A DNA stretch of 64,000 bases, from NCBI GenBank assembly GCA_016432285.1, contig CP066682.1, positions 794,274-858,273 on the forward strand. The letters run 5' to 3'. The translations under genes and the position numbers were made by a program. This DNA is from Candidatus Kaiserbacteria bacterium (GTDB lineage Bacteria > Patescibacteriota > Minisyncoccia > Phycocordibacterales > UBA2100). The notes under the pieces are model-generated. The model was not told the origin of the DNA, searched no databases, and saw nothing but the letters and a program-made list of their open reading frames with translations. Below are positions 11,427 through 21,527 of the stretch, in pieces (the stretch's first letter is position 1; each line of letters begins with the position of its first letter).

Positions 11427-12155
11427 TCAAGCTCCTTTGCGCAAGCGCCTCGCGAGTAACGTCGCCGCATATTCGAGATCAGCTGGACTATCGATATTCA
11501 CGTAACTCGACGGATCAGCGTGAAAGAAGGCGAGCCTTTTCCCCGATGTCGATTTCTGGACAAGAATAGTCGCTGGCCGAAGAACATCCATAGCACCGGT
11601 GTGAATGTGGGCCTTGGGAAAAAGCTGACGTGGCAGGTCGTGCGGTGTCTCATAACCCGTCACGGACGCTGGAAAGAGCGGCTCAAGATACGGGCTATCC
11701 TCAGAAAGTTTCAGTGCCTTATACGGGTGCTTCGGGGATTCGATGATAGGTCGAACAGCGTCAGCTTCGGGATGAGCCAGAAGCACTTCGATGCCACGAT
11801 CAATGTCTGCCGATGTCGTGAGCGGCGTGGTGGCTCGCAGATTCAGGACGACCTCGGGCTCATATCCCTCCTCTGCCTTCAGTGTCTCTAACGCGTGAGT
11901 GAGATATTCAACGTCCGTCGAAAGATCCTGCGCAAGTTCCACTGGTCGCAGGAAGGGCACCTCCGCTCCCCACTCTTTTGCGATCTGTGCGATCTCCTCG
12001 TCGTCAGTCGATACGATCGTACGCGTCACATGCTTCGATTTCTTCGCGGCCTCGATCACCCATGCAATGAGGGGACGCCCGCTGAGAACCTGAATGTTTT
12101 TGCGCGGCACGCCCTTCGAACCGCCGCGCGCGGGGATGATCGCCAGGATTTCCAT
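11427..12155 (-). CDS. neuA: Acylneuraminate cytidylyltransferase
   Basis: IIPARGGSKGVPRKN, VSTDD, PFLRP and NIDSPAD motifs. Confidence 0.93.
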   Translation of the reverse strand: MEILAIIPARGGSKGVPRKNIQVLSGRPLIAWVIEAAKKSKHVTRTIVSTDDEEIAQIAKEWGAEVPFLRPVELAQDLSTDVEYLTHALETLKAEEGYEPEVVLNLRATTPLTTSADIDRGIEVLLAHPEADAVRPIIESPKHPYKALKLSEDSPYLEPLFPASVTGYETPHDLPRQLFPKAHIHTGAMDVLRPATILVQKSTSGKRLAFFHADPSSYVNIDSPADLEYAATLLARRLRKGA

Positions 12156-12238
12156 ACGGGGATTGTAGCGCCGAGCGGACGATGCAGCCCTTGTCAACCA
12201 CCAATTTCCATTGCAGAACGACGCGTGGAATAACCGCC

Positions 12239-13954
12239 TCACGGGGTGGATGTCTCCCCCGGTGCAGCGGCACCAAGTGAGACATCGTGGACCGCCTCCG
12301 TCCACGATCGGGCCTTCAGGTGATCGGCAAGCTTGATCGAAAGTGCGACGATCGTCATCGTGGGATTGACGACTCCGCTCGTCGGAAAGACGGAGCTGCC
12401 TGCGACATACACGTTATCCACGCCGTGTATCCGGCAGTCGGCATCAACGACCGACGTCTGCGGATCTTTCCCCATGCGCGTCGTACCCATGTGATGCGAA
12501 GCATCCTCATTGATGTTCCACGTGGTATCGGCTTCTAATCCGTTCGTCAGCTCTCCGATCCCAAGGCGCTGAACCTCGTCGCGAAGCACGTGGTGGAGTG
12601 CCTTGAGCGATTCTCGATCTTGCTTTCCCATATCGTGATGCACATGCGGTAGCGGCACACCAAAACAATCGCGCTTTTTCGAGAGTGTAACGCGATTCTC
12701 CGGGTCAGGCGCCATCTCGGCAAAATTGCGCAAGCGTGCCGCGCGTGTGTGTGGTGTCGCGCCCGGTACGAGCCGGTACCACAGATACTGCGCAACAGCG
12801 ATTGGATGCAAGAGAACACGAGCGATACAGACGACATACATCCATGGGCCCGTCGTAAGATGCAGCGAGTCATCGGTTTCGCCTGTCTCCGCGTAGTCGC
12901 GCAAAGACGCAACGCGACGTGAAAGTAACGCCGTGCTCCACTGCAAGACACGGCTGCTTGATCGGATAAGAGCAATGAGTGACTGTACGCCGATGTTGTC
13001 CGACCACGGATAGCGCGGCTCAAGACGCGCGTAGGCAGCCACGAGACCATGCTCCTCGCGAAAAGCGGGCGCCAGCTCCATGCCCGCATACCCCGCGAAC
13101 CCTTTGAAGAGGCATCCGAAATAGTACGGTAGTTCGGCAACCGGTTTCTTGAACCAAACGACGCCAGCGTTCCCCTTCGGATGATTCATGAAGTAGCGCC
13201 CGACCTGATCGGACTCGTTGCCGAGCCCTTGCTCGTACATATCGCGCGAATTGAGAAGAATGCGCGGGTTCTCGATGCCGCCCGCTGCGAGAATGAAGAT
13301 TTTTGCACGCACCGATATCGCTCGACCTGATTGCGTATGTGCGGTGCACGAGGCGATATGCCGCGTACCAGGCTCTGCCTGAAGTGAAGCCGCGGAAAGA
13401 CCGGTATACAGATCGGCTCTTTCCTGTTCAAAAAGGTGGCGAAACCGCTCTCCAAACCGTTGCGGACGGTTTTTGGCGAGGAAAACTTTCTCTTGTATTT
13501 TTTCCCACCGCGGCGACAGCGTGCTTTTCTCGCGCAGCCGTCGGAATCCCCCCTCTCCGAACGCCTCGGGTGAGGGAAAGTCGTACGCCGAGGTTCGGGC
13601 GTAGAGGCCACGGAGAGTTTCGTACGATATCGGCCAACCCGAATAAGGGATCCACGAGCGCGCGGCCAGATCTTCCTCTCCAAGATAGCTGGAGAGACCG
13701 GACCATGTCGTGGACGACCCGCCAAGGATGCGCTCTCGGGAGTGCACTTTGATGCGGATGCCCTCAGAGTCAAGCGCGCGGAGCGAGTCGGCCACCGCGC
13801 TTTTGCGCGTAATGCCGCTCTCGAGAACGCAGAGCTTGAGGCCCTTTGGCACCAGCTCGTTGGCGAGAGTCAACCCCGCAGGGCCGGAACCGATGATGCA
13901 TACATCGTAGATCGGGATATTACTTTCGTCCACAGTATCGGCGTCGTACAGCAT
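12239..13954 (-). CDS. GMC-family FAD oxidoreductase
   Basis: IIGSGPAG, AAGGIENPRILL, HHMGTTRMG, SVFPTSGVVNPT. Confidence 0.92.
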   Translation of the reverse strand: MLYDADTVDESNIPIYDVCIIGSGPAGLTLANELVPKGLKLCVLESGITRKSAVADSLRALDSEGIRIKVHSRERILGGSSTTWSGLSSYLGEEDLAARSWIPYSGWPISYETLRGLYARTSAYDFPSPEAFGEGGFRRLREKSTLSPRWEKIQEKVFLAKNRPQRFGERFRHLFEQERADLYTGLSAASLQAEPGTRHIASCTAHTQSGRAISVRAKIFILAAGGIENPRILLNSRDMYEQGLGNESDQVGRYFMNHPKGNAGVVWFKKPVAELPYYFGCLFKGFAGYAGMELAPAFREEHGLVAAYARLEPRYPWSDNIGVQSLIALIRSSSRVLQWSTALLSRRVASLRDYAETGETDDSLHLTTGPWMYVVCIARVLLHPIAVAQYLWYRLVPGATPHTRAARLRNFAEMAPDPENRVTLSKKRDCFGVPLPHVHHDMGKQDRESLKALHHVLRDEVQRLGIGELTNGLEADTTWNINEDASHHMGTTRMGKDPQTSVVDADCRIHGVDNVYVAGSSVFPTSGVVNPTMTIVALSIKLADHLKARSWTEAVHDVSLGAAAPGETSTP

Positions 13955-14026
13955 GGGTTTGTTTACAAACCGGGACGTTGGTTCGGTGCGTCCTCCAGAA
14001 TGCACGCGTATTTCATCATACACGCG

Positions 14027-15400
14027 TCAGCTTTGCATTACTTTCTTGATGACAATAGCCACCCGCTCTCCCGCTTTTCCATCAAGGATGTAGCATTGCT
14101 CTTCTGCAATACGCTTTCGACCACCGGCATGCAGCGACCGATCCTTTAGATACGCGGTGAGTGCATCGAGAAGCTCGTCATACGAACGCACGAGGCTTGT
14201 TCCGCCTGATCTCAAAATCGCATCATAGTGGTCGCGATCGTAGTAGCGGCGTACTGATTTCCAATACGGGAGTTTGTCGGAGCCATCGAATCCAATCAAG
14301 ATGACGGGGGCATCGAACACGGCAGCTTCAAGCGTCATTGTCGATCCGGTATTTAAAGTGACATCGCTCCAGCGCATTGTGCTTGCAAGATGTTGGATGT
14401 CTTTTGAGTCAAATTCGACGGTTCGAAGCTGCGCCTCCTTCGTAGGACCGCCGAAATGGGTGCCCGGTCGCTCGACAATGAGCCCCTTGCGCCCGGCAAG
14501 TTCCTCAGTCTTCGACTCGTAGGTGGGGTGGAGCCTGAGAAGAACCTGCGTGGGACCGAATTGTCCCTCATCAACCCAATCGAGGATTCTCGCCAGAATT
14601 TCTTTGTCATAATCCGTCATCCAATCGCCGGCTGGAGCATACGTAATGAGCTTTTTTGCCGGGTCGGCACCGATCTTTTTGAAGAAGGTTTCGCGATCGT
14701 CGGTGAATGTCGGCTTCAGATATTCGTCGTACTGCGGCAGTCCCGTAACAGTGATCCTCTCTTCGGGGTACCCATACAGTTCGATCGCTTCCTTTTTCAC
14801 GATATTCGTGTGCACAATCATGTGGTCCGGAAAATAGCGTAAGAACGCCTTCGAGGTGAGGTTGTCCCATGATTTCACCATTCCGATAATGGTAGCTCCT
14901 CTCTTTTTTCCAAGCCGCATCAGCGCAATCTCGTCGCGAGCGATCATCGTCGGAGCGAATACGCAATCGGGCTTCCACCGATCGAGCACCTCGTAGACGT
15001 ACGGTTGTACGGGCAGAAACGGATCGATGTACCGCAACATGTGGTGCCAGAGACGGAGGTGGCCGAGATACCGTAGGGTTGTCGCAAAAAAATATTGTGG
15101 GTATTTTCCCTTGTTCCAGTACCAGTCCACCTGACGAATGCGCATAAATCGCGTCGGGATGGAATGCAAGAAGAACTTCTCGGTTATGAATTCGACCCGA
15201 TCGTGCCGCCAGAACGGACCTTTCTCTACAAAAACATCGTGTCCGTTCTCAAACTGCCTCGTGTAAAGATCGACTTTGCCTCCGGGCGGAATGATTACGA
15301 CGCGCGTCTTTCCGTCCTTCGTGAGCTCCTTCACGACGCTCGTGTAGAGCAGGTTGCGCGCGATCATGCCATCAAAAAGTGGGATGAGGATCGTCTTCAT
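14027..15400 (-). CDS. CDP-glycerol glycerophosphotransferase-like GT-B protein (candidate nonulosonate transferase)
   Basis: SWDNL, VTGLPQYD, LRLHP and STMTLEA motifs; located upstream of neuA/neuB in the same run. Confidence 0.7.
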   Translation of the reverse strand: MKTILIPLFDGMIARNLLYTSVVKELTKDGKTRVVIIPPGGKVDLYTRQFENGHDVFVEKGPFWRHDRVEFITEKFFLHSIPTRFMRIRQVDWYWNKGKYPQYFFATTLRYLGHLRLWHHMLRYIDPFLPVQPYVYEVLDRWKPDCVFAPTMIARDEIALMRLGKKRGATIIGMVKSWDNLTSKAFLRYFPDHMIVHTNIVKKEAIELYGYPEERITVTGLPQYDEYLKPTFTDDRETFFKKIGADPAKKLITYAPAGDWMTDYDKEILARILDWVDEGQFGPTQVLLRLHPTYESKTEELAGRKGLIVERPGTHFGGPTKEAQLRTVEFDSKDIQHLASTMRWSDVTLNTGSTMTLEAAVFDAPVILIGFDGSDKLPYWKSVRRYYDRDHYDAILRSGGTSLVRSYDELLDALTAYLKDRSLHAGGRKRIAEEQCYILDGKAGERVAIVIKKVMQS

Positions 15401-15466
15401 ACAAAATCGCAATTCGTGCGTACTTTACCATTACCGGACGGCGGGCGCACGATGTATAGTGGCCGC

Positions 15467-17266
15467 ATGTGCGGCATCAATGGCCTGGTAGGTCGCGACG
15501 AGCGAGCCGTTGGCGCGATGAACGAGCGAACGCGGCACCGCGGACCGGACGATACGGGCATCTACTCTTCCGATTTAGCGACGATTGGCAACAACCGACT
15601 CGCGATCATCGATCTCTCGCCCGAGGGGCACCAGCCTATGAGGACCGGCGAGCGGTATTCGATCGTGTTCAACGGCGAGATTTATAACTACCGCGAGCTC
15701 CGGGCCGAACTCTCCGCACTCGGCGTGTCGTGGAAAAGCCACTCCGACACGGAAGTGATCCTCGAAGGTTACGCACAGTGGGGTGCCTCGATCACAAAGA
15801 AGCTGCGCGGCATGTGGGCCTTCGCGATTCTCGACGAAAAAGAGGAGACGCTCTTTCTCGCGCGCGATCCTTTTGGCATCAAACCTCTCTATCTGTACGA
15901 CGACGGTGCCACTCTCGCCTTTTCTTCCGAAATACGCGGCCTTCTCGCGAATCCCAAGGTGAAGGGCGCGGTCAATCCGGAGGCGCTCAAGAGGCTCCTC
16001 ACGCTCGGATTCGCGCTCGCTCCCGAGACAATATTGATGCATACCACGGCGCTGCTGCCGGGCGAGGAGATCGTGATCAATTTGAAATCAAAAAAACAGC
16101 GCTCACATATCAATCAATTTGAAGCTTCTGACGCGCCGACGAGCGACGAAGATCTTGAAGCGGTATTGCTCGATTCGGTGCGGCATCACCTCATCGCCGA
16201 CGTGCCCGTCGGCCTTTTCTTCTCGGGCGGCACTGACTCGACGCTCCTCGCAGTCCTTCTAAAAAATCTTGGGGTGGAATTGACTACCTACCATGTCGCA
16301 ATCGAGCGACGCGGGGACACGGAATACGCGGAAAAAATCGCGAAACACCTCGGCCTGACGCTTCGACAAACGACTCTCGATACAAAGAAGGCGCAGGAAG
16401 AGCTCCAGGCGGCTACACTCGCGCTCGACCACCCGCTCGCTGACACTTCTTTTTTGCCAACGTACCTTGTCTCCCAGTTGGCGAGCAAGGACGTGAAGGT
16501 GGTGCTCTCCGGAGAGGGTGGCGACGAGCTTTTCGGCGGCTACCCGCGGCATCCGGCACTCATGAACATGGCTCTCAAGAGCGGTCTGCGGACAAATCTG
16601 CCGACGGATCGTCTTTTGCGTGCGGCGCCCTCACTCCTTAGCCTCTACGGAAAGATGCAGGGAGCGAAGCGGCTTGCGGGCTCGCTTGCGGGCGATGCGT
16701 ACGGCCGCTACGTCGGCGAGATAGCCTTCGGCTCTCCCCTCCGTTCAATGAGAGATATTGAACACGCGATGCATGAGCGCGTATCGAAATACGCTACGCC
16801 GGATCAGACGCTGGCGCTCGATCGTCTCTTGTACCTCCCCGACGTCAATCTTCTCAAGATCGATACCGCGACCATGGCGCACTCAATCGAAGGCCGCACT
16901 CCGCTTCTCGACCGGGAAGTTTGGAGACGTATCGGATCGCGTCCTCACAGCTGGAAATCAACATCCGCGATTTCAAAGTCGCCCTTGAAGCGCATTCTTT
17001 CGAAGTACCTCCCAGAAGAGCTGGTGCACCGCCCCAAGAGCGGTTTTTCCTCGCCGCCTGGCATGTACTTTGAGAATCCAGAACGACTCGAGGAAGCGAT
17101 TCACTGGTACGGGGACCACTTTGCCGGCCTCATCCCCATACTTGACTCACTGCTGCGACGGTATTCCGGAACACAACGCGGCACACTGGCGAGGGAACTC
17201 AGCTACACACTGATCGTCCTGATGACGATACATCAGTGGCTGGAAGATAAAAACATTTCGCTCTAG
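15467..17266 (+). CDS. asnB: Asparagine synthase-like glutamine amidotransferase
   Basis: MCGING N-terminus, HRGPD, FNGEIYN, SGGTDS, SGEGGDELFGGY. Confidence 0.93.
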   Translation: MCGINGLVGRDERAVGAMNERTRHRGPDDTGIYSSDLATIGNNRLAIIDLSPEGHQPMRTGERYSIVFNGEIYNYRELRAELSALGVSWKSHSDTEVILEGYAQWGASITKKLRGMWAFAILDEKEETLFLARDPFGIKPLYLYDDGATLAFSSEIRGLLANPKVKGAVNPEALKRLLTLGFALAPETILMHTTALLPGEEIVINLKSKKQRSHINQFEASDAPTSDEDLEAVLLDSVRHHLIADVPVGLFFSGGTDSTLLAVLLKNLGVELTTYHVAIERRGDTEYAEKIAKHLGLTLRQTTLDTKKAQEELQAATLALDHPLADTSFLPTYLVSQLASKDVKVVLSGEGGDELFGGYPRHPALMNMALKSGLRTNLPTDRLLRAAPSLLSLYGKMQGAKRLAGSLAGDAYGRYVGEIAFGSPLRSMRDIEHAMHERVSKYATPDQTLALDRLLYLPDVNLLKIDTATMAHSIEGRTPLLDREVWRRIGSRPHSWKSTSAISKSPLKRILSKYLPEELVHRPKSGFSSPPGMYFENPERLEEAIHWYGDHFAGLIPILDSLLRRYSGTQRGTLARELSYTLIVLMTIHQWLEDKNISL

Positions 17267-17503
17267 CTACGTGAGAATTCCAATAACTGCAACAATCGCA
17301 ATAATAGCCCAGATTGCATTCAGCACTGCGGGTTGATACGTGCGTTTATAGTAAGAAATCGCGAGGATGCCGAACGCTCCGGTGCCATTGAGCAGCTGGT
17401 ACACCAGATCGGAAGGTTGAAGTACTGAAAAACTCACGAGTGCGTATGCGCCAATAATTGCTACAGTTCCGTACCAACCGAAGAGTTCAAGAAACGCCGG
17501 CAT
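17267..17503 (-). CDS. Small three-TM membrane protein
   Basis: Hydrophobic 78-aa ORF overlapping the upstream gene's stop region. Confidence 0.7.
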   Translation of the reverse strand: MPAFLELFGWYGTVAIIGAYALVSFSVLQPSDLVYQLLNGTGAFGILAISYYKRTYQPAVLNAIWAIIAIVAVIGILT

Positions 17504-18206
17504 GATCGTTCGTTGAGCCAATAATGGCGCGTATTCGCATCATCGCCATGATAGCACCGAGCCCGTCCCGCGCCATGTTCAGCTTGCTCTCGCGCCCTGG
17601 ATACAGCTGCTCACTCCAGTGAATAGGAACTTCCCTCACGCGAACTCCCGCCAGCTCACAACGCGCGAGAAACTCAAGATCAAAAAACCACCCCGCCTCC
17701 TCGCACCTCGCGAGGAGATCTCTACCCTTTTCGTTCATAAATTTGAGCCCGCACTGCGTATCCGCGATAGAGATACCGAGAACAAGCCGACGAAGCAGAT
17801 TAAACAATCTCGAGGAGAGCGTGCGAAACCATCCTCGTTCGACGGTGCGCAGGTCAAGAAGGCGCGAGCCGACTGCCACATCGCACTCGTCGTTTTGTAT
17901 ACCTGAAAGAAGCGCAGGGATGTCGCGCGGGTCAGCTGAGAGGTCAGCATCGATAAAGCCGAAAAGATCCGCGTCCGAGCGTCGAGCAGCTTCCACGACC
18001 GCCGCACCTTTACCGCGCGTCGGAATCGAGATTACTTCGACGCCCGTAGAGAGAGCGCGCGCAGCGGTCTCATCGGTGGATCCGTTATCGACAACGATAA
18101 TGCGGCTTCGGTGAGGAAAGCTCAAGAGAGCCTCTTTCACTGCTTCGCACGTCTTCGCAATGATTGCTGCCTCATTGTACGCGGGAATGCAGATATCGAC
18201 TCGCAT
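17487..18206 (-). CDS. GT2 polyprenyl-phosphate glycosyltransferase
   Basis: IPAYNE, VDNGSTD, DAD and DTQCG motifs. Confidence 0.92.
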   Translation of the reverse strand: MRVDICIPAYNEAAIIAKTCEAVKEALLSFPHRSRIIVVDNGSTDETAARALSTGVEVISIPTRGKGAAVVEAARRSDADLFGFIDADLSADPRDIPALLSGIQNDECDVAVGSRLLDLRTVERGWFRTLSSRLFNLLRRLVLGISIADTQCGLKFMNEKGRDLLARCEEAGWFFDLEFLARCELAGVRVREVPIHWSEQLYPGRESKLNMARDGLGAIMAMMRIRAIIGSTNDHAGVS

Positions 18207-19551
18207 AGAATGAGCGCACGCGCTGAGACAGCCATACTATCGCAGCCGAAGCGAATATGAAAATCAGCGGCTCGACCGGTATTCGCAATCGCGCATCAAG
18301 CCCGAGCCCGATTGCCGTCGAAGTAAGCGCAAAAAGTCCGATCGCGGCGATAAGCACATACCGCACGGGCGTCCGCACGAGAAAAAAACCAAAAGCCGCG
18401 AGTGCAAATGTTCCGATCGTAAAGAATCTGCCCCACAGCGGAATAAACGCTTGCCGCGCAAGTTCCCCCGTAATCGCCGGTAAAGCACCAAGCCCGTTGC
18501 GCAGAATTTCGTACGTCGGTGAAATGTGCGGTGCGCCGCTATCTGTGAGGTAGCCGAGATACCGGAATTCGTAGTAGTAGCCATCGTTGAAGAAAAAAGT
18601 AGTGAGGAGTGCCGCTTCCAGCTTCAGTACCGTAAACTTGTGTTCCCACATTTCTTTGAGCGCGGCATCACGCAAAATATTCGCATTCTTGGGATCGTTC
18701 ACTCCCGCGCGGGTAATCCCGAAGCGCGGCAAAGCTTCCTGCTTCAGTTTCTCCTTTTCTTCATAGTAGGGAGTGTCGTTCTCTAGTGAGCGAACGCTCG
18801 AGACGTAATCGGTGTACACGTTGCGCCATCCCTGCCCTGAAAGCGCGAACGCTCCTGAGACAGCGTAGTTTCGGACATGCCAAGGTATGAGAGACGCGAC
18901 AAACACGAGAAGTATGGCGCTCGTGAGTAAAAATCGGTCGCGCCGATAGATCTGGAAAGCAATCGTACCGAACGCAAGTACCGCGAAAATCGGAAAAAGA
19001 CCAGGTCGGATAAAGGCAGCGTAAGCTAAGAGCGCTCCGGCAAACACGGCATAGAGGTACGAAAGCCGCTCATGGGCGACGATTGTCGCTGCAAGACCCG
19101 CGAGAGAGAAGATCATGAATGGCACTTCGGTTTGCGGCAAAAAACTGTACATGACCGCATGAGGCTCGAATGCCAGCAGAGTCGCGGCGATCATTCCCGC
19201 GCTCTCTCCCGCCACGCGCCTTCCCAACGCATACGTAAGCATGGGAAGCAGCGCGCCTGCCAGAATCGACATGAAGAAACCGTACGCGAGGACGCCGCTT
19301 GGCAGAAATGTGAAGGGCGCGATAAGCAGCGGAAGTCCAGGTGTCCGGAACACTTCCGTTGTCGGGACGCCTTGTATCGAGGCAACAAATCCATTGCCAT
19401 GCGAGAGATTAGTCGCTAGTTCGACGTATCCGATCGCGTCCCCGCGGACGAAACCCTCTATCCCGACAGTGTCAATCGCGAACCAGAAAGCGCCGAGACG
19501 GACGATAATCGCAACCGCGATGAGAACGACGAGCGATCGTGGCACCCGCAT
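18172..19551 (-). CDS. GT-C (ArnT/PMT-like) membrane glycosyltransferase
   Basis: Multiple TM helices; DAIGY, RTPG and TEVPF patterns. Confidence 0.8.
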   Translation of the reverse strand: MRVPRSLVVLIAVAIIVRLGAFWFAIDTVGIEGFVRGDAIGYVELATNLSHGNGFVASIQGVPTTEVFRTPGLPLLIAPFTFLPSGVLAYGFFMSILAGALLPMLTYALGRRVAGESAGMIAATLLAFEPHAVMYSFLPQTEVPFMIFSLAGLAATIVAHERLSYLYAVFAGALLAYAAFIRPGLFPIFAVLAFGTIAFQIYRRDRFLLTSAILLVFVASLIPWHVRNYAVSGAFALSGQGWRNVYTDYVSSVRSLENDTPYYEEKEKLKQEALPRFGITRAGVNDPKNANILRDAALKEMWEHKFTVLKLEAALLTTFFFNDGYYYEFRYLGYLTDSGAPHISPTYEILRNGLGALPAITGELARQAFIPLWGRFFTIGTFALAAFGFFLVRTPVRYVLIAAIGLFALTSTAIGLGLDARLRIPVEPLIFIFASAAIVWLSQRVRSFYASRYLHSRVQ

Positions 19552-19555
19552 AGGA

Positions 19556-20125
19556 TTATCGACCTTTCGGCTGGAGGAACCGCATCGGATTACCAACCGC
19601 GATTGCATTGGCGGGAACGTCTTTATCGCAAAACGTGAGCGCTCCGATCACGACGTTGTCGCCAATTTTGATCTTCCCCAGTACTTTTGCACCGGTACCG
19701 ATCAGTACGTTATTGCCTATAAGTGGCATGTCATCGGGTGCTTGCATGGATTTACTGCCGATGGTCACACCATTGTAGATGTGCGCATTGCTTCCGATGA
19801 CCACCGAACGGCCAATCACGATATCCGACGTATGATGAATCCTGAATCCGGGACCGATCCTCGCTCGCGGAGAGATGTCGTTTCCGAACAAGTAGTAACG
19901 CTGCTGGGCCATCACGGCCGCAAGCCGTGGGAACCGACGGTGCAGTGCGACATTGAGGCGATAGTGAACGACGCACGCAAAGTAGTGTCGCGTTATGACG
20001 TTGAACACCACATGCTTCAGCAGCATGAACGTGTTTATATCATCCGCGACATGTAGATGAGCAGCGCGCAGATCGTGGATGAGAAGCGACCGGAGCGAAG
20101 GGCCCACTGTCATGCGAGGCATCAT
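19556..20125 (-). CDS. CysE-like hexapeptide-repeat O-acetyltransferase
   Basis: Left-handed beta-helix hexapeptide repeats and VGNP. Confidence 0.88.
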   Translation of the reverse strand: MMPRMTVGPSLRSLLIHDLRAAHLHVADDINTFMLLKHVVFNVITRHYFACVVHYRLNVALHRRFPRLAAVMAQQRYYLFGNDISPRARIGPGFRIHHTSDIVIGRSVVIGSNAHIYNGVTIGSKSMQAPDDMPLIGNNVLIGTGAKVLGKIKIGDNVVIGALTFCDKDVPANAIAVGNPMRFLQPKGR

Positions 20126-20152
20126 TGCATGCTTTGAGAGCGCCGCAAAGCA

Positions 20153-21526
20153 TTAGCGGCGCCAAAAAAGGAGTCCGGAAAGCCGCTTAGAGGCGGCTGC
20201 ATAGACGATCCGCATAGCCTCCTTTTCTCGTTCGTCGGCGCGAAAAAGCTCACTCAAAAGAAGTGAGAATTCCGGTAAAAGGCGTCGCAGGCGGCGATAC
20301 CGCTCTATACCGTTCCCGACGGTTGTGAAGAACACTTCCACTCCGATACCGGGCAGGCCGAAAAGAAGTATGGATGGCGGCAAAAAGATTGCCATCAGAA
20401 ACGCCTTGAACGTATTCGCAAAAAGCAGAGATTGCTGCTGCTTGTATGCAGCGAAAACGGGAATAAAGAGCGCGCCGATACTGTTGGGGACGATAGAGAG
20501 CAGGAAGACAAAGATGAGCGGTATCGAGTCGACATACTTCGGAAAGAGGATGGAAACAAATGGCACGGTCAGCCCAAATGCCATCACGAGCGCGAAGAGA
20601 CCGAGCGCCGCCTGAAACTTCACCGAAGCGCGCAGAATTCGCGCAAGCTGGTCTCGCTGATCGACATAGCGCGGCATCACCGGGGCGAGTACAGTCGCAA
20701 GCGGCAGAAGCGAGCTGATATGAGAGAACATGCCCATAGCAAACGAGAAGAGACCGACGGCTTCGGTGCCGAGGAAAAATTTGATGATCCACAAACGCGC
20801 GTTCTGTGCAATCGTGCCCACGTACGAAGCTCCTACGCTCCATTTACGGTGCGCCTGCAATACATCCCAAAAGCGGTATTTCCCAACGACCGTCGCTCGC
20901 GAAAATTCCCGGTAGGCGGAAAGCGACCGCGGAACGTAGACCAGTAAGACCGCGAGTTGCGAGAGAAAGATTGCGTACATGAGTCCATGGATTCCCCAGC
21001 GCCACATCACAATGAACAAAACGACGAAAGCGAGTTTAAAAGACTCCTCCACGATACTGTAAAAAGATTGGTCTAGAAACCTCAACATCACGCTCGCCAA
21101 CATCTGCTGCGCAGCGCGAAGCGGCGAAAGTAGAAACGTAAATGAGACGATCTGGAGAAATTGAGCTGCATAGGGGGTACCCGCAAATTGCGCTACGGGA
21201 AGCGCTGCAAAAAAGAGAACGGCCCACGCTGAGACCCCGAGGATCAGGTTGAAGAGAAAATGCTGATGGAATACGCGACTCATTTCCCCAAAATCAGATC
21301 GTCCGCGAGCAACTGCCATGTCGGCTGTAATAGCCGCGGTGAGTCCGGGAAGAAAAACGACGCCCGCCATCGCTATGATTGAGAGCACGAGCTCTGAAAA
21401 TCCGTATTCATACACGGTGAGGCCGGTGAGCACGAGAAAAACGTTCGCAAACATGAGCACCTTTCCAAGCACCACAGCGCTCGTGTTCCACATAAGACCG
21501 GCACCTACGACTCGAATAATGCTCAT
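20153..21526 (-). CDS. wzx: Wzx-type oligosaccharide flippase
   Basis: About 12 TM helices with a MOP-like pattern, inside the glycan cluster. Confidence 0.8.
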   Translation of the reverse strand: MSIIRVVGAGLMWNTSAVVLGKVLMFANVFLVLTGLTVYEYGFSELVLSIIAMAGVVFLPGLTAAITADMAVARGRSDFGEMSRVFHQHFLFNLILGVSAWAVLFFAALPVAQFAGTPYAAQFLQIVSFTFLLSPLRAAQQMLASVMLRFLDQSFYSIVEESFKLAFVVLFIVMWRWGIHGLMYAIFLSQLAVLLVYVPRSLSAYREFSRATVVGKYRFWDVLQAHRKWSVGASYVGTIAQNARLWIIKFFLGTEAVGLFSFAMGMFSHISSLLPLATVLAPVMPRYVDQRDQLARILRASVKFQAALGLFALVMAFGLTVPFVSILFPKYVDSIPLIFVFLLSIVPNSIGALFIPVFAAYKQQQSLLFANTFKAFLMAIFLPPSILLFGLPGIGVEVFFTTVGNGIERYRRLRRLLPEFSLLLSELFRADEREKEAMRIVYAAASKRLSGLLFWRR

Positions 21527-21527
21527 A

